A stretch of DNA of 64,000 bases from Podarcis vaucheri (Eukaryota): assembly GCA_965113315.1 (NCBI GenBank), contig OZ220363.1. One strand, 5' to 3'. Shown here piece by piece: positions 36,210-48,102 of this stretch (position 1 is its first letter; the number at the start of each line of letters is the position of its first letter). Below the pieces are notes generated by a model that saw nothing but the letters and a program-made list of their open reading frames with translations, was not told the DNA's origin and did not search any database. The position numbers were made by a program, and so were the translations under genes.

Positions 36210-39200
36210 CATTTCCAATCCAGCTTATCCTGAACCAGTTAGTTACAGACATGCTGGTCTCCTGATGAGTAACACCATGTGTGCAGAGGTCATTTGCAGG
36301 GCCTTCTGATGGTTGGAGAGGGATGGAATGTAAAGGACCCTGGTGTGAGGGACTGCAAGACCACATCCCATCTTAAGGGCTTAAATGACAGCTGACATTT
36401 GTCCAACAATCAGCTCATGCCACTTTCATCAGAAAACCAATATGGTCCTTTTGACACTGCACCTACTCCCAGGTAAGTGGTGTTAGGATTGCAGCTTAAA
36501 TTCTGAATTCATGATAACGGGCTCCTCAGTCCCTGGTGGCTTTTATTTCCCACAGCTCATCACAAAATTGGGTTCGGATTGAATAGTTTGCAGGGATCCC
36601 TGACTGAAATAAATGAAAGTAAGGAATTCCAATGCAAGCCAAAAGTAAAATCTTAGGGATGGAACAGCTATCAACAATGCGTTCCTTCCAGAGTACCGTG
36701 TAAAATTTGCCAACACAATTTATATTTCTGCATGAAATTCTTTGCTTTTGTCTCGTAACAGACTAATCAGATTTGATGGAGTGACACAAAGACAGCAATA
36801 TTGTTGGCTTTTGTTTCATAACTAATTTGTGAACTGCCTTTTTTTGGTGTGCAAACCACATAGTTGAGCATTAGCCCCAAGTTAAGCGGTAATATGATCC
36901 ATTTAGTGGCACACTTATCGAGTCAGTTCTGCTGCTGTTTATTTAAATGGAAACTGAAAGATTAGCTAGCCAGCAAACACCAGGCATTCCACACAGGAAA
37001 TTGAAAGGACTCTAGGTCCCCCCTCAAATGAGAGAACTTTTGACAAGGTCTCCTAAACAGTTTCCTGTTCTGAAGAATAATCATCGTAAGCATCCAGAAG
37101 AAAAAGACACCCTACAAAATGTACACATATTAGAAAAGCCAAAATATATTTAAATGATTGGCACTCTGTTAATTCCCAAGTGCTTCTATTAATGTTACTG
37201 CCTCCAGGATGTACTTTTCCTGTGGTTATGGTCTTCATTAATAATTGCCACTGCCCTTGTAAAAATATTAACTCCTTAAAACAAAAAGAGTTTTCAAGGT
37301 GGAGGGGGGACACAGTAGTAACTATCAACAGTCAATAGAAAACTACAACTATCAGTAGCCATTGAACTATTCCTTAAAAATCTCCTCCAAAATGACATTA
37401 AACAGCATGAGTTGCATTTCTTAAGCGTTAGTGCACCAATGCCTCTTGGACCATTTTGCACACCAAAGCGTATGGTACATGCTGGACTATTTATTAAGTT
37501 TGAAAATATTAGCTAACAAACATTTACCACAGTCTCAGAGCCCTGTGTTCAATATTTCAAAGCAACGTAATTTTCTATGGTGGGATCAGTGATGTTGGTT
37601 GCCATTATATTAATAAACTAAATTTCACCAGCTGTAATATTCACATAAACGAACAATTCTGATAACCAAGTAGACTCTGTTCCTTTAAAAAAAAAGTTGA
37701 CCATTCCTCTAACTAGTGTTTTATATGGATATAAGCAGTCACAGTAATTGGCAATCATTTTTGTAAAAGAAGAGATCAAAATAACTCTGAGACTGCATTC
37801 ACAGACTATATCTTGTAACTTCTACATCTCAATTTGGTTATGTAAAAAAGAAATGTGATTTGAGGATGTAAAACTAAGTGGTTCAAGTTTAAGTTTTCTA
37901 CTTTTGCCACCTGCCAGGGAATATCCCCAGGGAATGCTGCCACAATCCCTGATTCTTCACACCCTAGGACAAGTGATATTTTCCATTTCTGTTCCATTCT
38001 GTTTAGCCAGACATGCTGACTTTGATTTGAGCTAGATGCGTTATGCATTGAGAGGTGGGGAAAATAAAGGTAGGCAGGCAGGCAGGCAGGTATATGGTGA
38101 AGCTTTCGGCATAGTGGCAGCTAAGCAATATTGCGCCACACACTAGCCTCATTGCAATCGGGATGGGGGGAGGAGTCAGGAATTATTTTCTTCTTTCAAG
38201 TCCAAACAAAAGACATCTCTTTTTTTTCTGTGCTCACACCATGCATCCTTAAAGTATTTAACAGTGGAACAGCATTTCAGAACCTGATGCTGAAAGTTCT
38301 TCTTGAAGTAGGCAACCCAGAGCAGAAACAGATTGTTTAGGCAACAATCTTAACCCGGCCTACCTTGAAGAAAGTTCAATTTAATTCAACAATACTTACT
38401 TATGAGTCAATATGGTTAGGGTTAAAGTCCTGTTACCTACCTAAAATACACTTATTCTTTTACATTAGTAAGCTGTGCAACACGAGCCATTGTATTTATA
38501 CATGGAGAAGCTATTCAATATTTATGCTACTACCTCCTCTCATAGTTAATGGTTCTTGCTTCACACTTGATGCTATAACAATTATATCAGTGCTTATCTA
38601 AAACCATTATTGTCTTTGATTTTTTCATTTTGACAAAATTTATATTCTACACAGCAATGGATAAACTTCCATTTCATTGTTCATCCTATGTTTCTTGGTT
38701 ATCCGAATCATGTTACCAGCGGCTTGATCCTATGCAAGGCATGTATTCAGTAGGGGTTGTTAGTAGCTGCATTTAGGAATCCAGCCTCAGAAGATTTTTC
38801 TGATGATGCCTTGCTTCTGATTAATCCGGAGTCCCTCATATTAGTTTTTCTGGAAAAAACATATTGTCTGCTGCGCCTTTCATTTTAAAGATGATTCCCT
38901 CACTTGATACTAGATGGAATGAGTGCCTTGTTAGCATAGTCTAAACAGCCAAATGTAGTTTCTCAAATTAATGTTGATATTTCCAGCTGCAAAGCCCTAC
39001 TTCCAACAGTACAATAGCAATTTTGTTGGTCTGAAAGACTGATTTCATCATTTAAGAATCTAAGGTAAAACTTAAAGATGCTAGACTAGAGCTTGAGACT
39101 GATATTCTTCTTTTTGTCCAAAAGAACTACACAAGGATATCAGGAGTTCTTGTTGTCTTACATTTAGGGTAGCAAGTAAGAATGTGAAGTGACAATGTGC

Positions 39201-40860
39201 AAAATTGTAATATTTCACTGGACTCTGGTTATGAAACTCTACAAGCTATTATAAGTACCTGTAGAGAAAAAGTTGGGGGATTCTTCCATGATTGTAACTC
39301 TCCTTTTGTAAATGTAAGTGCCTTCCCATTCACAGAATGACAAATTAGGATCCAAGCCATAGATATGAATTTGCTTCCTTTCAACTTTAATAATGAATAA
39401 TTTCCTCCATTTAAGTGAATTGATTATTAGCAAGAGATTAAAATCCTGTCCTAAAACAAGTTATATTATTGCTTATTCCAACTCTACAATTATGTGATTC
39501 TATGACTTAATTTACAGCCAATAACAAAGGCTAGAATTCCATGCGTACTTATGTAGAAATAAATCCCATTGATTATAATATGCCAACATGTAGAGCACTG
39601 CAATGTTAGTAAGTTAATTTGTTTAGACAGTTGGTTGAAACAAACTTTGCAAACTTGTGCAAAGTTTACAAACAAAATAAATTCCAGGTTAACAGCCAGA
39701 TACACTGATCCATTTTGTGTCAGGAGGCCTTACAGTGTGGCTTACACTGTGCCTTATATTTGTAATTTGTTGCCAAGCTGAAGTATGAAAAGAAACCATT
39801 TCCCTATTTACAGCATGGCCTATGGACAGGAATGGTGGGTGCTGGATCCCAGCAAAATCTGGAGGACCACCCAGGATAGCTGCCCCAATTTACAGGTAAC
39901 ATTTTGTTCACCTTTAAAGCCAGTGTCACTCCTTATCCAGTCTATATGCTGCTAATTCTAATAAATTAATAGTCTAATGATCTGCATTAATTTATAACTA
40001 ATGCTACCACAACAAGTATTTATCACGTCATTAAAGATTATTTCTATGAAGCAGCTTCTGTTACAATATCTTTCTAGGAAGAGAGGACAGCTGTACAAGC
40101 TTTTTGAAAAGCTAACATATCCTAACAAATTACAACTATCCAGCACATGGACAAATAGGTCAGGGCCAAATTATCATTCCTCTCAACTTTTCTTAACCAC
40201 CAGTTATATCTTATTTGTGGTTTCCCAGCTCATATTAAATCCAATCATATATATTTAATCCCATCCTTAAAAATTTCAGGAGACAGCTTGAGTGCTAACC
40301 CTGCAACTGGCCTGTCAGAAAATCTTTGATGTCACAGCATAATGCCTCCTGAAAGAACAGCAGTAATACTTAATGTAACATGAAACCAAGGCCCTGCAGT
40401 GGGCTTGTCTCCTGTCAGGAACAAACAGTTTCACTGTGGTGCCCCAGAAGTGACAAGGATTGAGACCTAGCAGGGCTGTACCTTCCTGACTTTTCCATGA
40501 GACCTGGCACTAGAGTCACTAGAGAGAAGATTCAATATTGTCACGGCAAATACGCCAGCTGCAACTTTGGCGGGGGGAAGAGGGGGGGCCGATTGAATCA
40601 CTCCACATTACAAGTCTAAGAATAATAAGCAGATTTTCACACATTATTAATAATTTTAATAGCATACCTAACTGTAAGAGTAGTTCCCAAGAATTCAGTC
40701 ACATTTATTTAGAAAGTCTTTCTAAGAAAGTGAGTTTCAGACTGTGGTTTAACTTAAAGAATTTTCTTCAGTCTGATGCAAGCTATATAGAGATCTCAGA
40801 GCAAAAGGAAATGATGCTCTTATTGATGTTACTCTTACTGATAATGATAATCACTTAGAA

Positions 40861-40994
40861 CAGCGTTAGGACACTGTGGGCCTCCAAATGTTGTTGGACT
40901 TCACCTCCTAACAGCCCCACCCAGCAAGGCTGGCTCAGGTCAGAGATAATGCAAGTCTGGAGCAACATCTGCAGGGCCATAGCTTCCCTACCCT
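40861..40994. mobile_element. hAT-like fold-back MITE (AACATCTGGAGGGCC family)
   Basis: CTGTGGGCCTCCAAATGTTGTTGGACT...AGCAACATCTGCAGGGCCATAGCTTCCCTACCCT; partial copy also at ~39815-39886. Confidence 0.65.
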
Positions 40995-41269
40995 AATTTG
41001 GATTATAGCCATGTTATGTACAATATACAACCTGCTTGTTTATAACCATCTCTCTTACTTGCCAAATACCAGAGTAATAAACCTAAACAAAAGAGAATGC
41101 AGTATCGGAAACATTCATCAGATTTGAACCACCCTGATATCTATGGATGAAGGGTGATATCCATATTTAATAAATAAAATAAAAATAAAAGGAGCACAGC
41201 ATTTTTTGCATGGGTTTGACTCTGAAATAGACTCATGTAGCACACTTATTTCCAGAAAGAAATACTTCA

Positions 41270-41935
41270 TTTTTAAAATACATTTTCATGTCAGTTTTCA
41301 AAAACCAGGGACTCCCCGAAGTGGCTCTGTTATAAAACTATAAACAATCATTAAAACCACAATGAATTTAAAAGTTTCTAAAAGACAGAAGCTAAAAAAG
41401 GAGCATCAAACATCAAGCCATCTATATCACATCACAAAATGACCATACGCTAAAAGAATTTGAAACAAGAGCAAGACTAAATAAGGCACCCAACTTTCCT
41501 AGATGAAGGCAAATAAAAGATTTTGTTTTAGCACCCAAAAGTAAACAGGAAGTTTTATAGAATGGGGTCATGATCAAAATGAGATCTGTCTTATGTTCTC
41601 ATTTGTATCTATTGCTGGGTCTGCAAGCAGGGCCTCCTTGGCCAAACTGAAGATGCAGAAGCACTCCTATGTTGCAAGTGAGCCATCAAATAATTTGTCC
41701 CAAACAGTTTAGGGGTTTAAAGGTCAAAACCAGCACTTCAAATTGAGTTCAGAAGCAAATAGGCTGGCAGTGCAGCCAATATTTATTATTGGAGTGATAT
41801 GCTCCCACAAGCATTTGGGGAGCTGTATCCTGTACTAGCTGAAGCTTCCAAGCCCCCTTCAAAGACAGCCTCATGTAGAGCAAATTACAACCGTCAAGTC
41901 TGGATGTAACTTAACAGCATAAGTAACTTAGGCAA
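41270..41935 (-). mobile_element. Decayed L2-like LINE 3' region
   Basis: TTAAAGGTCAAAACCAGCACTTCAAATTG (reverse of QFKVLVLTFK-type motif) and TAGAGCAAATTACAACCGTCAAGTCTGGATGTAAC (reverse of TSRLDYCNAL-type motif). Confidence 0.7.
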
Positions 41936-43367
41936 GGATTACAGCTGGCATAGAAGAGTTCATCTCTATTCAAAACATTTGAAGACTCACATGTAACTAG
42001 TTTAGGTCATGAAAAATTAGGTTGCTAAATTTACTTGCTTTCTTCAAAAGCCAGTATGTCATTCCAAATACAGCTTGAATTAAACCATGTTGATTTGGGG
42101 CAAAAAAAGAGTAATTTTTAAAGTTTCCAAAATCTAGCCTCTGACCAATTTGCATTCATCAAGCATAGTGGGTGGTATTCAACACTTTCTGCCCACTGAT
42201 AGAGGGAATATGTCAACAAAACTGTGAGGGGAGCATTTTTTTTTGTCATTTCTTCTCCACCATACAGCCCCCAGCTTCCCCTCGATCTGTTTCGGGGAGT
42301 CTCCTGGCCCTCCCGAACATCTTAGGGGATGCACTTAGCAAGGGGAATCACTTAAAACAGCAACATACACACCAATCTGATGAAGGAATCCTTCTGTAGT
42401 GGATGGACACCACTGGATAACCCAGTGTGTTTTGCATCTGATAAAAGTGGATTGTACCACAATAGCTTATGCTATAAATACATTTATTAGCCTTTAAGGT
42501 GCTACAATACTGCAACAGAGTAACACAGCTCACAGCTGTCTCTCCGGAAACTGTTAGTTTCATTTTTAATCTTTGGATATTAATATGCAAGCTTTAGTAA
42601 ACGTCCTAGCATACCAAAAATCTAAACTACTCACAATTGTGTCAAAAACAGTAAATTAAACCAAGGGTCAAGAGATAAGGATTTATGTATTGCCTAGTAA
42701 AACTTTCTTGATTCCAGCAGCCACTTTCCTTAGACAAGGAGGCATGAAGTTGAAGTTACATTTAACCTGGGGCTTAGGACAGACAACCTAACAAGAAAGT
42801 TATATGCAGGTAAGAAGGAGTGGAATTGATAGTTCCCCCTGTAAGAAAGGAGATTGGTGAGTTAAGAAAAGGTCTCCGTAAGATATATTATGGAGTAGGA
42901 TATATACTAACAGTAGTCCAGAGAGGGAAGCAAATTTGATTCTGTAATGGTTGCAGGTGCCAGACCTGCTGATACAAATCTCTCTGGAGAACTCCATAAC
43001 CATAATAAGCATCCACCAAAGATCGAAAGACGATTTTGTAATGTTTATTGAAGGAACATATGTTTGCTCAGGTAGAATCTCAACAAATGTATTCCACAAG
43101 AGAACCTGCCCACAAGATGGCTAAAGGACCAGATCCAATGTTGTTATCACTCATGTGTCCTATGGGATGTTAATGTCCCCCCATTCTATTTTATAACGTT
43201 TGTATGAATATGGTATTCAGTGCAAGTTGCTTAGAAACCTGTTAGGAGACAGCAAGTTGTATTAAATACATAACACTACTGCGCACTAATGCTGCACTAC
43301 AGAGCTGTCAGTCTCCGCCTCTAGGCTTCCCATTCAAACACAATACTGTCCTTATGTTCATGTGTGG

Positions 43368-43494
43368 CAAGAATAGGAAACCTGCAGCCCACGGATGTTG
43401 TTAGAGACTCTACCTCCCACCAGCCATACTGTCTGGGGCTGATGGGAGTTGGGAGTCCACCATCACTTACAGGGCCACAGGTGTCCCATCCCTG
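43368..43494. mobile_element. hAT-like fold-back MITE
   Basis: GGAAACCTGCAGCCCACGGATGTTG...CTGGGGCTGATGGGAGTTG...AGGGCCACAGGTGTCCCATCCCTG. Confidence 0.65.
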
Positions 43495-43559
43495 ATATAT
43501 GAAATGTTGTAATTGTAATATAAATAGCCTTAACCTGTGGTTTCCTCATTTAGTACACA

Positions 43560-44290
43560 ACTGATCATCTGGAGAAATGACCTTTGCAGAGTGGGACAGG
43601 CAGTGCGTGACTTTGCTTCTGCTTCTTGATCTCTCTTTGGCTTTTGATACCATTGACCATGGTACCCTCCTGGATTGGCTCCAAGGAATGGGAACTGGGA
43701 GCATTTCATCACCGTGGCTGCAGTTCTACCTCTGAGACAGTGTCCAGAGAAAAGCATTGGGAGAATGTTTCAGTGTCATGATGGTTCTGCCATCTTAGCT
43801 CAAATGCTATTTAACATTTGTATGAAGCCACAGGGGGTGATCATTTGGAGTCTTGGGTCAAGCTGCCATTGTATCCTGATAACACTAGCAGCACAACATC
43901 TGAACTGGCGGAGGCCTTAAAGGCCCTGGACTGGTGCCTGGATGCAGTGGTGAGATGGATGAGGAAAAAACAAGCTGAGCTTCAACCCTGGCAAGGCAGA
44001 GGCAATGTGAATGAGCTCCTGTGTCACTGATCAATTGCCTACCCTGGATAAGGTTGCACTCCCCCTAAAGGAGCTGACTGACAGTCTTGGTGTAACTCTG
44101 CATCCTGCTCAGAGACCTGCACTGGTTGACAATTTCCTAGCATGCCAACTTCAAGGTGTTATAGAAAGCCTTTAACAGTTTGGGACCAGTTTACTTGTGA
44201 GATCACCTTAGCCCTCGTATGCTCACTCGATCACTTCCATCTGCAGAACTTGCACTGTTACAGGGATGCATTCATACTGGCAATTTATCA
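43560..44290 (+). mobile_element. Decayed L2-like LINE reverse-transcriptase region
   Basis: Translates piecewise to LLLLLDLSLAFDTIDHGTLL..., SAILAQMLFNICMKPQGVII and ALDWCLDAVVRWMRKK, with stops and frameshifts. Confidence 0.88.
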
Positions 44291-44576
44291 ATGAGCCTGC
44301 CCTTACTACAATAGCGTTGGCCAATGACCAGCAGCAGTCAGATGTTAGGAGATCCAGTAGAAATTTAATGCTGCTTCTGAGGGAATAAAGTGAATGAGGT
44401 CCAGTTATCGCTGGTATCTTAAGGCTGTGTGTGGACTGCAGCTCATGTGGCTGAATGTTCCACAATACACATACACACAAAAATAACCTCCCTGCACATA
44501 GCAATCTAGCAGTAAAACAGCATAGTAAACTATTAAAACTTCTGCCTGACATGCCAGTTTTCTATGTGGAATTTCT

Positions 44577-44611
44577 CTTTCTTTCTTTCTTTCTTTCTTT
44601 CTCTCTCTCTC
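44577..44611. repeat. (CTTT)n(CT)n microsatellite
   Basis: Direct reading. Confidence 0.9.
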
Positions 44612-46394
44612 CTACTTTTTAAATGTTATTATTTTTGTATGGAAGTATATTCAGTCCCAAAAGCCTCTGCCTGTGATCTGAAATGCTACAGCCTAGATAG
44701 ATACACGTGAACAACCTCAGTAAGGACTAGATCCACATCTGTCCACCTAAGCAGAAGCAGCTGGATAGTGTCATTTTTCCAAAGCAGTAGACTCTGTTTC
44801 CTTACTCAATGCAAGTTAATACGGGATGTTCCGTGTGTGTGTGGCAGAGGAAAGCGGAATGGCAGTGCTTTATTCTCCATTCAAGTGGCAAGGCAAATAT
44901 TATAGAAGTAGCCCTGGTGGTGATGAACCGGGAACCAACTCTAGCATTTTGAAAAGGTCTCTGTACCTCAAATATTGAGTATTAATATAAAGATGTCAAG
45001 AGGTGGAAAGAAAGAAGCAGGTCCCAAAAACAAAGCAGTAGAATTATGGATAAAACCTTTATCTTCCTGTGTTTCTGGTCACTTGTCCGTTCTCCTTCCT
45101 ACTCAAACTAGTTATATCCAGCAATACCTGCATAGGCATACCTCATTTTCTATAAACAAAGGCACAATGAGCCACATTCCAAGCATATTTTAACAGCACA
45201 CTTAAGTAATAACTATGCAACCAGAGACATATCTACTGCAACATACCCCACCCGGTTCCAATCTGCTGACAAATCAAGACCTGAAAGACTTATAGAACAA
45301 TCCTGTGCATGTTTACTTAGAAGTAAATTGCATTGTTTTTAGCATAACTTACTCCAAGTTAAAGTGTGCATCCTAAAATACCTAAGAAGCCTGCCATTAA
45401 AACTGTAGGGGGGGGGTGAGTAAAAGTAAAAAGTGAAATTTCCATCGATATACACTCAGACCTTTGCAGAACTTAGCACAGGCTAGCAAGTGGATTAAGT
45501 ATGTGCTAAAAGCTTTATGGACCTGAGCAATGCAAACCACTCACACTCTTGCAGGCATCAGAGCAAGAGTGTGTTCAGAATCAAGCTCCAAATTTTACCA
45601 ACTGTTTACTTGCTTAATTTAAGATTTGCTATCCCACCAATCAGTCTGAAGGGCCTTTAAAGTGGCTTATGAAATAATATTGAGCACAATTTCTGTAAAA
45701 CAATAAAATATAAAACAGAAACAAGGAAGGCACAGAACAAGATAGATAAAAACTGTTGTTCTGTATTGTTTTCATTTCCCTGTTTTCAGCTGGTTATGCC
45801 ATGTTGCTGTTGTTGTTATGGTGCATTTAAGTGTCTTTGTTGTATTTGTAGTTTTTCCCTATTTTTACTGTATGTGTATATCCTTTGCTAGCAAGATTTA
45901 ACTTTTTGGTAAAGTGGGAAATAAATGATTTAAATATATACACGGTAAATAAATAAAAATGCACTATAAGTCTACGAACAGCAGTGAAAATATCTGTCCA
46001 GTATAAAAACAGCTGCTAGCTTGACTATCCCAAAATGCCTGGTGGGAAATAAAGCTTTTCACTAATTTCATAAATACTGCAATAGACCACGCTTGGCAAC
46101 AATGTTTTGGGGCACGGGGACATATTTGGAAATCTAAGGAACAATCAGGGGCCAAGATATCCATGCCACAGAAGAAAAACAGGTGGTGCTCAGAGCCCAT
46201 CCACCCGCAAACAAGCAAGCCACCTGCACGCTACCCCAAAACAAATAAACAGCAACAAAAACCAGGCAATATCCACGCCAACATACAAAAAGAAGCAGAC
46301 AACACACCAAATAGAAAAGCAAGCAAAGGATTCAAACATAAGACCCTCATTCTGGGGAAAGAGGGTGGGTTGTATGGATACCTGCAATTTCCTT

Positions 46395-46719
46395 TTTAGC
46401 CAGCTCCCTGTAACATTACTTCTTGCGGTGAGGGAACCTAGAAGGCCCTAGGAGCTGGATCTTGGTGTCCGGGTGAATGTCGGGGTGGAGATGTTCCTTC
46501 AGGTTTACATGACTGAGGCTGTTTAGGGCTTTTTAGGTAGCACCAACACTTTGAATTGTGCTTGGAAACGTATTGGGAGCCAATGTAGATCCTTTAGGAC
46601 TGGTGTTATATGGTCCCAGTGGCCGCTCCCAGTCACCAGTCCAGCTGCTTGCATTCTGATTTTCTGGTGTTTCCACATGACCTTCAAAGGCAGACCCACA
46701 TAGAGCGCATTGCAGTAGT
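46395..46719 (-). mobile_element. L2-like LINE ORF2 C-terminal fragment (less diverged subfamily)
   Basis: CCACATAGAGCGCATTGCAGTAGT (reverse of YCNALYVG) and CCAATGTAGATCCTTTAGGACTGGTGTTATATGG (reverse of HITPVLKDLHW). Confidence 0.85.
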
Positions 46720-46723
46720 TTAA

Positions 46724-46861
46724 TAGTCCATCTAGCTCAGTACTGTCTGAAGGATTTTAAACTGGGAGTCCTTGCAGCACTACCTGGAGATGTCTGGGGT
46801 TGAACCTGGGACCTTCCTGCATACAAGGCAGATACTCTACCAATGAGCTATGGCCGTTTCC
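46724..46861 (-). mobile_element. tRNA-derived SINE (same family as 3638-3812)
   Basis: GTCCATCTAGCTCAGTACTGTC...TACCTGGAGATG...GGTTGAACCTGGGACCTTC...CTCTACCAATGAGCTATGGCC. Confidence 0.8.
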
Positions 46862-48012
46862 TGCACTTTTATCTTCTAACCAAGAAAGAACACTTAATCA
46901 TTCAATCAGATCAGGAGCTAAGGCTGCAGGCAAGGTCTGGCAGCCTACATCCCATAGCATGGTGGGCTGGATGTGACTCACTAGCTGCAAGTTAACAATC
47001 CTGAGCCAAAAAATATTGAGAAGATATTTACTTCAACTTTTCAAAAGCAACTCCTCTTTTGACACCTGTTTTCAATATATGGACTGGATACATTGTTTTG
47101 ATTTTACTTGGATTAGCCAGTGCTGCAGGAGAGGCACAAAACATGTGCATCTCCTATTGCAGCTGTTTCTCTCGTTGTTTGCTGGCAACTAGAGGCATCC
47201 AGTATGCTCCCAGCATCCTTATCCTGAGGACAGTCTCAATTTACTGCAACCCCCGATTAAATGCTACTGCCTACCCCTCCCACTTTGAAATAAGTAATAT
47301 TTAAACTTTGGTTTCTTTTTGGTCGTGCATAGGTACCTATGCTACTTTGCAACAACATATATTTGCATGTTAATTTCTCTCCATAACCTAATTCAGCTCC
47401 ATGCATGTCTACCAGGCAACCACTGCCTTTGCCTCCACCACATTTGGTATCAGCTCCCTTCTATTACTATCTGCTTTATATTTCACCCCAAAGTTGCTAG
47501 ACCAGTTTGAACTTTGTTTGTTTTTTTCTGTGATAACTTACACATTGCTATTCTTCAATAAATTGTACACTTATTTTAAGCACTGGTTTCTTGTCTGGTT
47601 CCTTGCCCCATGGTGTGCAGTGACTCTGAGCTAAAGATCTAAATGTGTTCCTGTCTCCAACAATATGTAGATGAGGACATATAGGGTTGAGTGCGTGAGT
47701 GAAAGCAGTTCAAAAAAAGAGGAACTATTTTGAGCGATACCTAGAGAAACAATGAGTGTTGTTGGCATTTCAGCAAATATAGCCACAGACTGAGGATTGG
47801 CGTGTTTGATAAAAAATATCACTACCCTGTAGCTTCTCTCCCCCTTTCCTCTCTTTTTAAACAAGTCCATCTCTTATTTTTCCTAAGTTCTCATTTGTTC
47901 TGGCTTCAGATGCCTGCTCCCTTGTTCTACTCACAATTTTTTTAAAAAAAGGAAAATAGCATTAATTGGATGTGTCAAAGACAGCAAAGTGCTATTTCCT
48001 GGAGCACTCTTT

Positions 48013-48102
48013 AAGGCTGCAATCCTATACCCACTTACCTGGGTATAAGCCAAATTGAACCAAGGGAGACGAAGTTTTAAATATGTATAGGATTTCACTG
48101 CA
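48013..48102. mobile_element. Short palindromic MITE-like repeat
   Basis: GGCTGCAATCCTATACCCACTTACCTGGG...ATGTATAGGATTTCACTG; further diverged copies near 1470, 11486, 35334, 45296 and 53330. Confidence 0.7.

Noticed and set aside
42800-43099. 99-aa minus-strand ORF; possible decayed non-LTR retrotransposon C-terminus
   Set aside because: Only a faint resemblance to an RTE-X/L1-type zinc-knuckle region; too degenerate to call as either gene or TE.
45542-45573. Perfect 11-bp hairpin CACACTCTTGC/GCAAGAGTGTG with 10-nt loop
   Set aside because: Short and isolated; compatible with chance or a local template switch.
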